A DNA stretch of 64,000 nt, taken from positions 1 through 64,000 of the forward strand of contig CAWFFN010000012.1 of the NCBI GenBank assembly GCA_963815115.1. Reading direction: 5' to 3'. Both the position numbers and the translations under genes were made by a program. Shown here piece after piece: positions 21,965-31,409 of this stretch (position 1 is its first letter; the number at the start of each line of letters is the position of its first letter). The notes under the pieces were generated by a model, which was not told where the DNA came from, did not search any database, and saw only the letters and a list, made by a program, of their open reading frames with translations. Source of the stretch: an uncultured delta proteobacterium. Lineage in GTDB: Bacteria > Desulfobacterota > Binatia > DP-6.

Positions 21965-22244
21965 CGTCGCTCCTATCGTTCGCGGTAGCTGTCCCGCACC
22001 TTTCGTTGCGGGGCAGGCGGCGGTCTTGCCGCATGCGGCGAGCACGGAATCCTCTCACTGCGTGTGAATGGCGCTGATAGATAGAGGGTACCGACGGCGG
22101 CTCGAGAGGAGAAGACCCGAAATGGAGGAAACCGCCCCGAACCCCTCCCGGGAGCACATCGACGGCAGCCGCGCCCTCGAGGTCGAACAGGCTGGGATGG
22201 CGAAGCTGCGGTGGTCTAGCTCGCCAGCGGTCCCTGCCGCACGC

Positions 22245-22829
22245 TCACGGCCGGCTGCCGAGTGCCTCCGGCCGCACGTGGAGGATCAGGGCGCTGCACA
22301 CCAGAACGAAAGCGAGGCGCGGCGCGACGAAAGCAACCAGGATGGCGCTCGCGAAGATCGCAAGAACCGCGAGTGATCGGCGCCTCGCCATGCGCCGCGC
22401 TCGATCGGACACCTGCGAGGCCTCCGCGCCGATCAGGACTTCCCGCTCGAAGACGTTGTAGGCGATGTCCACGCACACGAAGAGGGCCGCGTAAAACGCT
22501 ACAGGGGCCGACGCAAGCCGGGTGCGTGCAATCCATGCCGTTGCAAAGGGCACGAGCGACACCATGAAGAGATGGGCGAAGTTGATCCATATCACCCGCA
22601 GCGTCGGGGGACCCACGAACCGCATGAGATAGTGGTGGTTTGTCCAGATGATGGCGATGAACAGGTAGCTCACCGCATAGCTGATGGCGGTTGGCCACAG
22701 GGACAAGAGAGCGGAGAACGGCGGCTGATCCGGTGCCTTGAGCTCCAGCACCATGACGGTCATGATCACCGCGATCACCGCGTCTGAAAATGCGGCGAGC
22801 CGGTGTGCGGTTGCCATCTCCCCACGCAT
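22245..22829 (-). CDS. TMEM175 (DUF1211) family channel
   Basis: RLAAFSDAVIAVIMTVMVLEL, YAVSYLFIAIIWTNHH. Confidence 0.9.
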   Translation of the reverse strand: MRGEMATAHRLAAFSDAVIAVIMTVMVLELKAPDQPPFSALLSLWPTAISYAVSYLFIAIIWTNHHYLMRFVGPPTLRVIWINFAHLFMVSLVPFATAWIARTRLASAPVAFYAALFVCVDIAYNVFEREVLIGAEASQVSDRARRMARRRSLAVLAIFASAILVAFVAPRLAFVLVCSALILHVRPEALGSRP

Positions 22830-23072
22830 AGCGCGCTCCCCGGACCGTGCAAGACGGCCCTCGGCCTTGCTCGGGTACGCGTGGGCGACACCAGCGCGCG
22901 GGGTGCATGCATGCCCTCGGCTCTCGTCCATCTCACAGGCGGAGAAGACGGTCCCCCGCGCGGTGACGGTGAGAATGCGGACATCGTCACCGGTTCGGCC
23001 GCAGTCGGATCTGAGGGCGGGCCGGTCCCGGCGGGATTGCGCGATGGACCACGCGTCGGCTACGCGTGGCGC

Positions 23073-23531
23073 ATGTCGGACGATGCTGTTGCCCGGCTCA
23101 TCGACGAGCGTGCCTGTGAGCGCCTGATCATCGACTACACCCACCTGGTCGACTTTGGCGAGGCCGGGCGCATCGCCGACCTGTTCACGACGGACGGCGT
23201 GTGGGAAGCCGGCGACCTCCGGATGGACGGGCAGGATGCCATCCGGGCGGGCTTCCTGGCACGCCAGGGGATCGCGCGGCGCACGTCGCGGCACGTCTGC
23301 AGCAACGTCGCGATCACGCTCGTGGGTCCGGCCGAAGCGACCGCGATCTCCTACCTCGTCAACTATCGGCACGATGCCGCGAGCGGTGTGGCGCAGCGGC
23401 CCGCACCGGCGGGCGTTCCGAAGTTCGTCGGCGAGTATCACGACCGCTTCGTGCGGACCCCGGACGGCTGGCGCATCGCGCATCGACGCTGCGAGATGGC
23501 GTTCGTGCGCGCGAGCGCCGCGGGCGCGTGA
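23073..23531 (+). CDS. SnoaL-like / NTF2 family protein
   Basis: LIIDYTHLVD..LFTTDGVW..RHVCSN..GEYHDRFVRTPDGWRIAHR. Confidence 0.88.
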   Translation: MSDDAVARLIDERACERLIIDYTHLVDFGEAGRIADLFTTDGVWEAGDLRMDGQDAIRAGFLARQGIARRTSRHVCSNVAITLVGPAEATAISYLVNYRHDAASGVAQRPAPAGVPKFVGEYHDRFVRTPDGWRIAHRRCEMAFVRASAAGA

Positions 23532-23562
23532 TCCCGGCCGGCGGGGAGGGCGAGGTGGCGCC

Positions 23563-24105
23563 CTACGGGGGACGGGTGTTCGCGGAGGCCCGGTGCATCT
23601 CGATGCGCGGGGGCCGCTTGCTGAACGCCGGGACGCTGGCGGTGAGCGCCGCGATCGCCGCGGCTCGGTCCGCGGCGGTGAAGGTCCCGGTCGTCAAGCA
23701 GAACTCGACGAGGTTCTCGTTGGGATCCTTGGTGTAGATCGAGTGGCACCAGCCATGGTCGATCTCGAGGACGTCGCGATCGGCGGCGAGCCAGCGCTGC
23801 TTCCGGCGAGCGAGCTCATCCGCGCTCGGAACTGCGAAGGCGATGTGGTTCATGAAGTCGGGCACGCCGGCGGCGCGGGAGAGGTTCGTCTCGAGACGCT
23901 CCGTTCCCGGTACGTCGTGCAGCTCCCAGAAGGCGATGAACCGCGAATCGTCGCCGTCCATCCGATAGAAGAAGTGCTTCGCCCACCCGCCGTCGGGGAC
24001 GGGGGCGACCTCGACCTTCACCAGCTCGAAGCCCATCACCTCCTCGTAGAAGTGATGGATTGCGGCCATGTCGCGCGCCGCGAGCGCGAGATGATGGTAG
24101 CCCAT
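23563..24105 (-). CDS. VOC/glyoxalase family protein
   Basis: HHLALAARD..FYEEVMGF, NHIAF, SIYTKDPNENLVE. Confidence 0.9.
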   Translation of the reverse strand: MGYHHLALAARDMAAIHHFYEEVMGFELVKVEVAPVPDGGWAKHFFYRMDGDDSRFIAFWELHDVPGTERLETNLSRAAGVPDFMNHIAFAVPSADELARRKQRWLAADRDVLEIDHGWCHSIYTKDPNENLVEFCLTTGTFTAADRAAAIAALTASVPAFSKRPPRIEMHRASANTRPP

Positions 24106-24130
24106 CTTCGGTCTCCTTTGCGGTCTCCTC

Positions 24131-24763
24131 TCAGGAATCGACCACGCGCATCACATCCATCCCGGCCCCACCCGGCGCGGCGACCTCGGTGACGCGCTCG
24201 TCGATGTCGTCGTACTCGAGGCGCAGCGCCCGGCAGATCGTGGCGTGCATCTCGTAGAGAGTGGTCACGTAGGTGAGCTCGAGGATCTCCTCGTCGCCGA
24301 GGTGGCTCTGCAGGGCGGCGAAGATGCCGTCCGGGGTGCGGCCGCCGTCGAGCACCAGGCAGTCGGTGTAGGCCAGCACGGCACGTTCGGCCGGTGTGAA
24401 CACGTCGGCGGTCTGCCAGTGCGGAATCGCCGCGATCGACGCCTCATCGAGGCCGACCGCGCGCGCCGCCTTGCAGTGCTGCGAGAACACGAACCGCGAG
24501 CCGCGCGCCCAGCCCGCGCGCAGCTGGCCCAGCTCGCGCAGCTTCGGATCGAGCTTGCGGTCGGCGCTGCGGTAGAGCTGGAAGCCGAGCACGGCGTGGC
24601 GGAAGCAGTCCGGCGACAGGGCGAAGACCGTCCACCAGTTGCCCGGCGACCCGGTTTCCGTCCCGGGCTCGCGGACCGGGTCGCGCTCGCCGAAGAGCAT
24701 GCGGTAGATCTGGCGGACGAAGGGATCCGCGTCGTCGCGAGACACCTCACGAAGCCGTGGCAT
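24131..24763 (-). CDS. Carboxymuconolactone decarboxylase/AhpD-like protein
   Basis: LDPKLRELGQLRAGWARGSRFVFSQH, FTPAERAVLAYTD, EILELT. Confidence 0.85.
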   Translation of the reverse strand: MPRLREVSRDDADPFVRQIYRMLFGERDPVREPGTETGSPGNWWTVFALSPDCFRHAVLGFQLYRSADRKLDPKLRELGQLRAGWARGSRFVFSQHCKAARAVGLDEASIAAIPHWQTADVFTPAERAVLAYTDCLVLDGGRTPDGIFAALQSHLGDEEILELTYVTTLYEMHATICRALRLEYDDIDERVTEVAAPGGAGMDVMRVVDS

Positions 24764-25034
24764 CCCCCGGGTGTAGACTACCGCAGCCACGCAGACCAGC
24801 CCGACCACGAGGCCCTGAGACCGGCAGCGCATGAACGACCGGCGACGGCGATGCCGTCGCCGGTCACGAAGTCGGACGAGGACGACGTGCGAGCCGTGCG
24901 GGGAGCCACGTCCCTCCGATGCGTCTGGTTGCGGATGAAGCCAGGCGGCTAGTTGACCCTGTTCGGCGCGAACACGCCGTCGACTGTGCCGGCTGCGCGC
25001 CGCCGGGCCAGCAGCGATGTGTCGACGACGGGGA

Positions 25035-25125
25035 ATCGGTGCCGCTACCGGGACTCGGGGTACTTCAGGGGGAACCGGCGCTGCGGCCGTACCAGTTCAA
25101 TACGGCGACCGCGAAGCACTATCTC
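25035..25125 (+). pseudogene. GFA (CENP-V/Gfa) family fragment
   Basis: LGVLQGEPALRPYQFNTATAKHY resembles the GFA core; the flanking Cys motifs are absent. Confidence 0.45.
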
Positions 25126-28100
25126 TTGCCCGACTTTGCCGATTGCCTTGTCGGAGGTCTCCCGGCGACCAGCCGCCGAGCGTCCTGGAGATCGGCGGTG
25201 TCGAAGCCCTCGGTGAAGGTGGCGAGCAGGCCGGCGAGCCGGGCGCGTACCTGCTCGCCCACAGTCCCCCGCCCGCAGACACGCGCGAGCGTCGTCGTGG
25301 CGCGGAGCTCCAGCGTGCGGGCTCCCTGGTGGGCGGCGCACTCGATGGCCGTCTGGAGCAGCCCCGCCGCGCGCCTGCGGGCCGCGGCCGGCGCTCGGTC
25401 GGCGCCGCCGGCCTCGGCGACGACCAGCTCGGCATCGAGGCGATGGATCTCGGCTTCGTAGTAGCGCTCGGCGGTCGACGCGACCAATGCCTTCGTCCGC
25501 TCGATGAGCGCGCGTGCTTCCTGGAAGCGGCCGGCGCGCATCATGGCCGGAACGAGTTGCGCATGGTACGTCGTCTGTCCGATGCGCGTTCCCAGCGCGG
25601 CGAGCGACGCGAGCCCGCGCTCCATGTCCGCGATCCCGTCCTCGAGCGCGCCTTGCTCCGCGAGCGCCCAGCCACGCAGCAGGAGGCCGCGTGCCATCCA
25701 GTACTCCAGCTCGTGCTGTGTCGCGTACGCGATCACGGCCTCGGCCTCAGCGTCACACGCCTCCGGCTCGCGGCGAAGCATCCGGAGCCAGCCCGCGTGG
25801 ACCAGGACGTAGGCGAAGCTGACGGGATGCCCGAGCGTCCGCGCATGCTCGACGGACTGGCGGTTCACCTCGAGCGCGTGATCGATGCGACCGAAGTTCC
25901 ACAAGATCAGCGAGCGAACGGACATCGCCGTCGCTCTCGCGTCGTGCAGATAGACCAGCGCCGACGTACGATCCGCGTCGGGATCGTAGAGCGGCTCCCC
26001 CTGGTCGATGTGCTGGAGGGCCTTCGTGAAGTCACCACGGACGTAGTGGACGGTCCACAGGCCATGGTGAGCCTGAAGCCGCATGAGCCGGTCGCCGCTC
26101 GCTTCGGCGATCGTCTGGATGCGATCGGCCAGCTGCAGCGCGGAGTCCAGCTCCGAACGCGTGAGGTGTAAAACGTGGTGACCCCAGAGCTCCGGGAAGG
26201 CCGACACCTCGTGCGGGCTCGCGCCCCACAGCTCGAGGGCGCGCGTATAGGCTTGCTCCACCTCGGGCGCGGCGTAGCCCCGTGTCGTCGTCAACACCGC
26301 ACCGAGCGCGCTCTGCAGGGGCAGCTCGAGGCGATCCCGGTCGGGTGATGGAGCGACGTCAGCCAGGAGCGCGAGGCCCTTCTCGAGGTGCGCCTGCGCC
26401 TCGGCGAAGGCGTAGCGGCCGGCCGCGGTCTGCGCGGCAGCCCGTCGATAGCGCGCGGCGCGGGCGCGATCGCCTCCCTCCTCGAAGTGCACGGCCAGCT
26501 CGGCCGCGAGCTCGGAGGAGCGCCCTCCGAAGGCGTGCTCGAGCAGCTCCCCGATCCGCAGCTGCAGATGCTCCCGGCGATGCCGGGGCACTGCTCCTGC
26601 GAGCGTCTCGCGGTACAGGGGATGCCGGAAGGCGAAGCGGCCAGCGGCCGTGCCGTCGGGCCATGTCGCGAGACCCGCGTGGCGGACGAAGCGACCGGCG
26701 CGTGCCAGGCGATCGCAGCGGTCTTCCGCCTCCGCCGCCGAGCAGTCCGTTCCGACGGCGGCGAGAACGGACGAGAACTCGACTCCCGCCAGGCTGGCCC
26801 CCTCGAGGAGTCGGCGGTCCTCGACGTCCAGATGATCGAGCTCCCGCTCGATCATCAACCGCAGGCTCTCGGGCACGGCGGCCAGCTCGCGCCGGAACTC
26901 GGTGGTCACCGTCCAATGCTGGTCCCGCTCGACGATCGCCCCGCGGGCGAGCAGATGATCGACCAGGGTCACCAGGAAAAGCGGGTTGCCGCCGGTTCGT
27001 TCGTGGAGGAGGCCTGCCACGTCGGGCGCGAATCGGCCTTGCGCGAATCGTCGTCGCAGGTACTCCGTCACGGATTCGACCCCGAGATCGTCGAGGGCGA
27101 TCTCGGTGCAACGCCGGCCCGCCGCCAGCCTCCGCGCGACCTCACGCAGCGGGTGGCGCGCGAGGATCAGCTCCACGGGGCGGTAGGTGGCGAGCACGAG
27201 GAGCCGCGCCGGCTCGCGCCGTACGGCAATCAGCGACAACAGGTCCACGGTCGAAGGATCGCTCCAGTGGAGATCCTCGATGACGAGGACGAGGGGAATC
27301 TCCGCGCCGAGCGCCTCCACGAACTCCGCCATTTCACGCAGCATGCGCTCGCGGGCGGCGCCCACCAGCTCGCGCCCGAGCCGATCCCGGTCCTCCTCCG
27401 CGATCAGCCAGGGAAGCTGCGCGAACCACGTCGGGGCGTAGCGCCGCAGCAGCGTCGCGATCGCGCCGTCTTCGCGCACCAGCCGGCCGATCGCCTCGAG
27501 GATGGGCATGTAGGCTTCCGCGGAGCCGAACTGCTCGAGACACTGGCTGCCCGTGATCGCCAGCGTCCGGTCCCGCGCCGCGCCGGCGACGAAATGCTCG
27601 ACCAGGGCCGTCTTGCCCGCACCGGGTTCGCCCGTGACGAACACGATTCGCCGCTCTCCGCCGAGCGCCCGCGCGAGATGCTCGTCGAGCTGCTCGAGCT
27701 CGCTGCCCCGGCCGACGAGCACCGGGGCTCCGTCGGCAGACGAGCTCGGCCGCCAGGCCAGCAGGGACTGCGTTCGCAGAGCATCGCTCACGCCGCGCGC
27801 CGCTGGAGCCTCGGCGGAATCCGCCGCCGTGAGCTCGGCGACGAAGCGGTAGCCACGGCGGTGAACGGTCTCGATGAAGCGCGGTGCGGCCGCCGAGTCG
27901 CCGAGAGCCTTGCGGATCTCGGCCATGCAGACCTTGAGCACGCCATCGGCCACGTGCGTATCGGGCCACACTTGGTCGAGAAGCTGGGCCTTCGAGACGA
28001 ACTGACCGGCTCGCTCGATCAGCGCCAGCAGGACGTCGAAGGCCTTGGGATTCAGCCGGATCGCACCGGCGGCTCCCTCGATTCGCCGGTTGGCGCCGTC

Positions 28101-28130
28101 GAACCGGAAGCGGTCGAAGTGAAGGATCAT
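25119..28130 (-). CDS. Winged-helix (OmpR/Trans_reg_C) + STAND AAA ATPase + TPR regulator
   Basis: LNPKAFDVL..IRKALGD..FIETVHRRGYRF; GEPGAGKT; LVIEDLHWSD; TGGNPLF; C-terminal FTEGFDTADL. Confidence 0.93.
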   Translation of the reverse strand: MILHFDRFRFDGANRRIEGAAGAIRLNPKAFDVLLALIERAGQFVSKAQLLDQVWPDTHVADGVLKVCMAEIRKALGDSAAAPRFIETVHRRGYRFVAELTAADSAEAPAARGVSDALRTQSLLAWRPSSSADGAPVLVGRGSELEQLDEHLARALGGERRIVFVTGEPGAGKTALVEHFVAGAARDRTLAITGSQCLEQFGSAEAYMPILEAIGRLVREDGAIATLLRRYAPTWFAQLPWLIAEEDRDRLGRELVGAARERMLREMAEFVEALGAEIPLVLVIEDLHWSDPSTVDLLSLIAVRREPARLLVLATYRPVELILARHPLREVARRLAAGRRCTEIALDDLGVESVTEYLRRRFAQGRFAPDVAGLLHERTGGNPLFLVTLVDHLLARGAIVERDQHWTVTTEFRRELAAVPESLRLMIERELDHLDVEDRRLLEGASLAGVEFSSVLAAVGTDCSAAEAEDRCDRLARAGRFVRHAGLATWPDGTAAGRFAFRHPLYRETLAGAVPRHRREHLQLRIGELLEHAFGGRSSELAAELAVHFEEGGDRARAARYRRAAAQTAAGRYAFAEAQAHLEKGLALLADVAPSPDRDRLELPLQSALGAVLTTTRGYAAPEVEQAYTRALELWGASPHEVSAFPELWGHHVLHLTRSELDSALQLADRIQTIAEASGDRLMRLQAHHGLWTVHYVRGDFTKALQHIDQGEPLYDPDADRTSALVYLHDARATAMSVRSLILWNFGRIDHALEVNRQSVEHARTLGHPVSFAYVLVHAGWLRMLRREPEACDAEAEAVIAYATQHELEYWMARGLLLRGWALAEQGALEDGIADMERGLASLAALGTRIGQTTYHAQLVPAMMRAGRFQEARALIERTKALVASTAERYYEAEIHRLDAELVVAEAGGADRAPAAARRRAAGLLQTAIECAAHQGARTLELRATTTLARVCGRGTVGEQVRARLAGLLATFTEGFDTADLQDARRLVAGRPPTRQSAKSGKR

Positions 28131-28152
28131 CGGTCACACCGAGCTGTCCACT

Positions 28153-28174
28153 TCTAACTGGGCTCTAACCGGGC
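28153..28174. promoter_or_regulatory. 11-bp tandem direct repeat TCTAACYGGGC x2 overlapping a possible ECF promoter (TAACC-N17-CGAA)
   Basis: TCTAACTGGGC TCTAACCGGGC lies in the short intergenic gap between the divergent wHTH-STAND and ECF genes. Confidence 0.5.
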
Positions 28175-28216
28175 TCGAAGGACTGCCCGAACTCCGCGCG
28201 CTATCCCACGCAGCGA

Positions 28217-28936
28217 ATGAGCGTGCAATCCGACGGCTTCGAAGGCGGAAGGAACCGGCGGTCCGATCATGCCATGACGACGAGGTCGGGCGATCACGCG
28301 ATCGGGTCGGCGGCGCTCGGCGCCGATCGAGGCGAAGGCGTGCTCGACGCGACCGGCACGAGGGCCGCCGGTGACCTCGCAATGGAGCGGTACGCCGCGG
28401 GCGATGACGACGCATTCGCGGCGGTCTACGACGCGCTCGCGGCCCGGGTTCGGGGCTACCTCCGCCGCCATGTGCGTGACGCGCACCGGTGTGACGACCT
28501 GCTCCAGGAGACCTTTCTCCGCATGCACCGGGCACGCGGGACCTTCGTGAAGGGCGGGGCCGTGCTGCCGTGGGCGCTCGCCATCGCGCGACGGCTCATG
28601 CTCGATCAGGTGCGCCGGGACCGCCGCGCGTCCTGCCTCGTGAGCGACGCCATCTCCAGTCGGTCGCTCACCCCCAGCCCCGTTGCCCATCCGGAACACC
28701 TCGTCGAAGCTCGTGAGCTCGCGGGCCGGTTGGCCGACGCGGTCGCGCGCTTGCCGGATTCACAACGCAGCGCGTTCGAGCTCCTCAAGCGGGAGGGGTT
28801 GACGCTGACCGAGGCGGCAGGGGTACTGGGCGTCACCGTGACGGCCGTCAAGCTGCGCGCCCACCGGGCATACACGTCGGTGCGCGGTACCATCCGGCAG
28901 TATCTGGGCGGTCTCAAGGAGACCGTGGGCTCATGA
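28217..28936 (+). CDS. ECF RNA polymerase sigma factor (start uncertain)
   Basis: DDLLQETFLRMH..PWALAIARR region 2; LPDSQRSAFEL..GVTVTAVKLRAHRA region 4. Confidence 0.92.
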   Translation: MSVQSDGFEGGRNRRSDHAMTTRSGDHAIGSAALGADRGEGVLDATGTRAAGDLAMERYAAGDDDAFAAVYDALAARVRGYLRRHVRDAHRCDDLLQETFLRMHRARGTFVKGGAVLPWALAIARRLMLDQVRRDRRASCLVSDAISSRSLTPSPVAHPEHLVEARELAGRLADAVARLPDSQRSAFELLKREGLTLTEAAGVLGVTVTAVKLRAHRAYTSVRGTIRQYLGGLKETVGS

Positions 28937-29601
28937 CATCTTCCTGGCCGCCTCAGGATCCGGCGCCCGCGCTCAGACGACGCCTGCTGGCGGCCATACG
29001 GTCCGAACCGGCGCCGACCCGCCAGGCGGTCCGGCGCCGCGCTTGGCTGCTGATCGGCCTCGGCATCACGGTCGCTCTCGCCACCTTCGTCCAGGTCGGC
29101 GGTATCAGGCGGTACGATCGGCCGGCGATGCTCGTGGTGGGGACGTGCCTCGGCTGGAGCGCGATCGCGAGCGTGGCCGCGTGGATCGGAGTGGCCCGAG
29201 GCGGCTCGACGCTGGGGCGCTCGACCGCGACGCTGGTCACGCTGATCGTCGCCACTCCTCTCGCGCTGCTCGCGTGGAAGGTCGGCGTGACGGCTTCGTT
29301 CGGTCGGCAGATGCTGGCACCGTGGCCCACCCGGCCGGGCTTCCGCTGCCTCTGGCTGTCCCTCGCGATGGCCGTCCCTCTGCTCGTGGCGTTCGTCGCG
29401 GTCCGTCGCCGAAGCGACCCCGTGCATCCCGGGATCGCGGGCGCCGCGCTCGGTGTCACGGCAGGCGCCGCCGCGGGCACGCTCGTGGATCTGTGGTGCC
29501 CCGTGGGGTTCGTCCCGCACGTGCTGCTCGGCCACATCCTTCCGCTCCTCGTCGTGGCCGCGCTCGGTGCATGGGCAGGGCGGCGATTCCTCGGGCCGTA
29601 G
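28933..29601 (+). CDS. NrsF/DUF1109-type membrane anti-sigma factor
   Basis: ATGA overlap with the ECF gene, multiple TM helices, CL..SL, LWCP....HVLLGH. Confidence 0.8.
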   Translation: MTSSWPPQDPAPALRRRLLAAIRSEPAPTRQAVRRRAWLLIGLGITVALATFVQVGGIRRYDRPAMLVVGTCLGWSAIASVAAWIGVARGGSTLGRSTATLVTLIVATPLALLAWKVGVTASFGRQMLAPWPTRPGFRCLWLSLAMAVPLLVAFVAVRRRSDPVHPGIAGAALGVTAGAAAGTLVDLWCPVGFVPHVLLGHILPLLVVAALGAWAGRRFLGP

Positions 29602-29635
29602 GGGCGGCGCCCGAGCGCCCGGCGTCGGTCACTCA

Positions 29636-29885
29636 GTAGCAATGTCGGCGTGGGAGTCGGCGTGCGTGTCGGTGGGAACGACAGGCTGGCCTCACCTCCA
29701 TCCTTCCCGACGTGAATCGAGACGCTCACCTCGCAACTTCCCCGATCGGAGTGTCTGATGAAGCCGTCGCCGTGAAAGTAGACGCGCGCATAGCTGTAGG
29801 TCGGCACGAGGTGATACCCCGAGATCGCTTCGATCCGTGGCCGCAGGTCCAGCAGCAGCGCGTCGGTCAGCGGTTCGAGAGCGTC
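29636..29885 (-). pseudogene. 2OG-Fe(II) oxygenase fragment
   Basis: LVPTYSYARVYFHGDGFIRHSDRGSCEVSVSI (HxD) with no intact N- or C-terminus; abuts vapC. Confidence 0.6.
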
Positions 29886-30276
29886 AGTACCGCGTGATGG
29901 CCAGCCGCGTAGCACGCAGCTGCCGGATCAGTTCTGCGTCGGTCGTGTGCAAGCGGGCGCCCAGCTCCTGTGCGGTCGCGGCCGCAAAACCATCGGCCAG
30001 CGACGTCGGGAGCTTTGCAACGCGCCACGCGATCGCCTCGTCGGGTTGATGGACGCGGACCCGACTGGCCGTGAGGAGCGCCACGGTATCGACTCCGGTC
30101 GCACGCGCCAGGTCGGCTGTATGCAGGAGCACCTCGGCGAGGTTGACGACCGAGATCAGCAACTCGATTCGTCCGCTCCGACCAGCGCGAAGGAGTCGAT
30201 CCAACTTCGCGAGCGAACGATGGCGGCCCTGCATCCAGCCGATCGCAATGCCGGCATCGATGACCGCAACGCTCAT
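29884..30276 (-). CDS. vapC: VapC/PIN domain toxin
   Basis: VIDAG, SVVNLAEV, SLADGFAAATA, LHTTD acidic PIN motifs. Confidence 0.88.
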   Translation of the reverse strand: MSVAVIDAGIAIGWMQGRHRSLAKLDRLLRAGRSGRIELLISVVNLAEVLLHTADLARATGVDTVALLTASRVRVHQPDEAIAWRVAKLPTSLADGFAAATAQELGARLHTTDAELIRQLRATRLAITRY

Positions 30277-30554
30277 CAGCTCCTGCCCTCGCGGGCACGT
30301 TCACGCCGCCTGCGATCATGCAGCTCCTCCACCAAATCCCGCCGGCGTGCCCCCGCCCACCCGCGTGCCCGATCGAGCATCGCCTCGAAGCCGAGCGAGT
30401 CCTCCTCCGTGGGACTGAGCACGATCTCCCGCCGGGTGCCGGTGCGGACCGCCAGGGCTTGGCCCGTCTTGAGACCGAGCTGCCGGCGAAGCGGCGCAGG
30501 AATGACGAGTTGACCCTTCGAGCTCAGGCGGACGACGTTTGCACGACGCGGCAT
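30276..30554 (-). CDS. AbrB/MazE/SpoVT family antitoxin
   Basis: RLSSKGQLVIPAPLRRQLGLKTG; overlaps the vapC start. Confidence 0.88.
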   Translation of the reverse strand: MPRRANVVRLSSKGQLVIPAPLRRQLGLKTGQALAVRTGTRREIVLSPTEEDSLGFEAMLDRARGWAGARRRDLVEELHDRRRRERAREGRS

Positions 30555-30751
30555 GCTTGTAAGTCTACCACGCCTTACATCGTCCTCAAGTGGAAATGAA
30601 CTGAAACCTCACTGTCGGCCGCTGCCCTCTCTGACTCCGGCCCGCCGTTCCCCCGCCCGGCAGTCCACCATGAGCCGCTCCAGGTAGCGTCCGCGTCACG
30701 GACACTGACCCGGCTCCAGTGTCGTCCGGCTTCGCGCTAGACTATCGCGCC

Positions 30752-31318
30752 ATGAGCAAGGCGTTCACCAAGGAATCCGACGCCGACGCCGAGGACGACG
30801 TCGAGCGCGATCTCGCCGCCGGCGCCGGCATGCCCGGCGGGTTCACCAACTACATCACCCCCGCCGGGCGCCAGCGACTGAACGACGAGCTGGCCCGCCT
30901 GTGGAAGGTCGACCGGCCGCAGCTCGTCGACACGATCGCCTGGGCCGCCAGCAACGGCGATCGCTCGGAGAACGGCGACTACATCTACGGCAAGCGGAAG
31001 CTGCGCGAGATCGACCGCCGGATCCGGTTCCTGTCGAAGCGGCTCGACAGTGCGGTGGTGGTGGACAATGCCGGCAAAGACCACGACCGGGTCTACTTCG
31101 GCGCGACGGTCACCGTGGCCGATGAATCCGGCGCCGAACGGACCGTCAGCATCGTGGGGGCCGACGAGTCGGATCCCGGGCGCGGGCGCGTATCGTGGAT
31201 CTCCCCCATCGCCACGGCCCTGCTCAAGGCCTCGCTCGGTGACGTCGTCATGCTGCGAACGCCCCGTGGAACCGAAAAGCTGGAGATCGTCGCCATTCGC
31301 TACGAGGCGCTTCCATGA
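30752..31318 (+). CDS. greB: Transcription elongation factor GreB
   Basis: NYITPAG, WAASNGDRSENGDYIYGKRKLREIDRRIRFL, VSWISPIA. Confidence 0.96.
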   Translation: MSKAFTKESDADAEDDVERDLAAGAGMPGGFTNYITPAGRQRLNDELARLWKVDRPQLVDTIAWAASNGDRSENGDYIYGKRKLREIDRRIRFLSKRLDSAVVVDNAGKDHDRVYFGATVTVADESGAERTVSIVGADESDPGRGRVSWISPIATALLKASLGDVVMLRTPRGTEKLEIVAIRYEALP

Positions 31319-31409
31319 TGAGGGCACCGGAGCGGATCGTCGCCGCGCTGCGACCGACGTCGCCGCCCGCGTGTTCACGGCGCCGCAAGGGTAGCGCGAA
31401 GATCACCTC

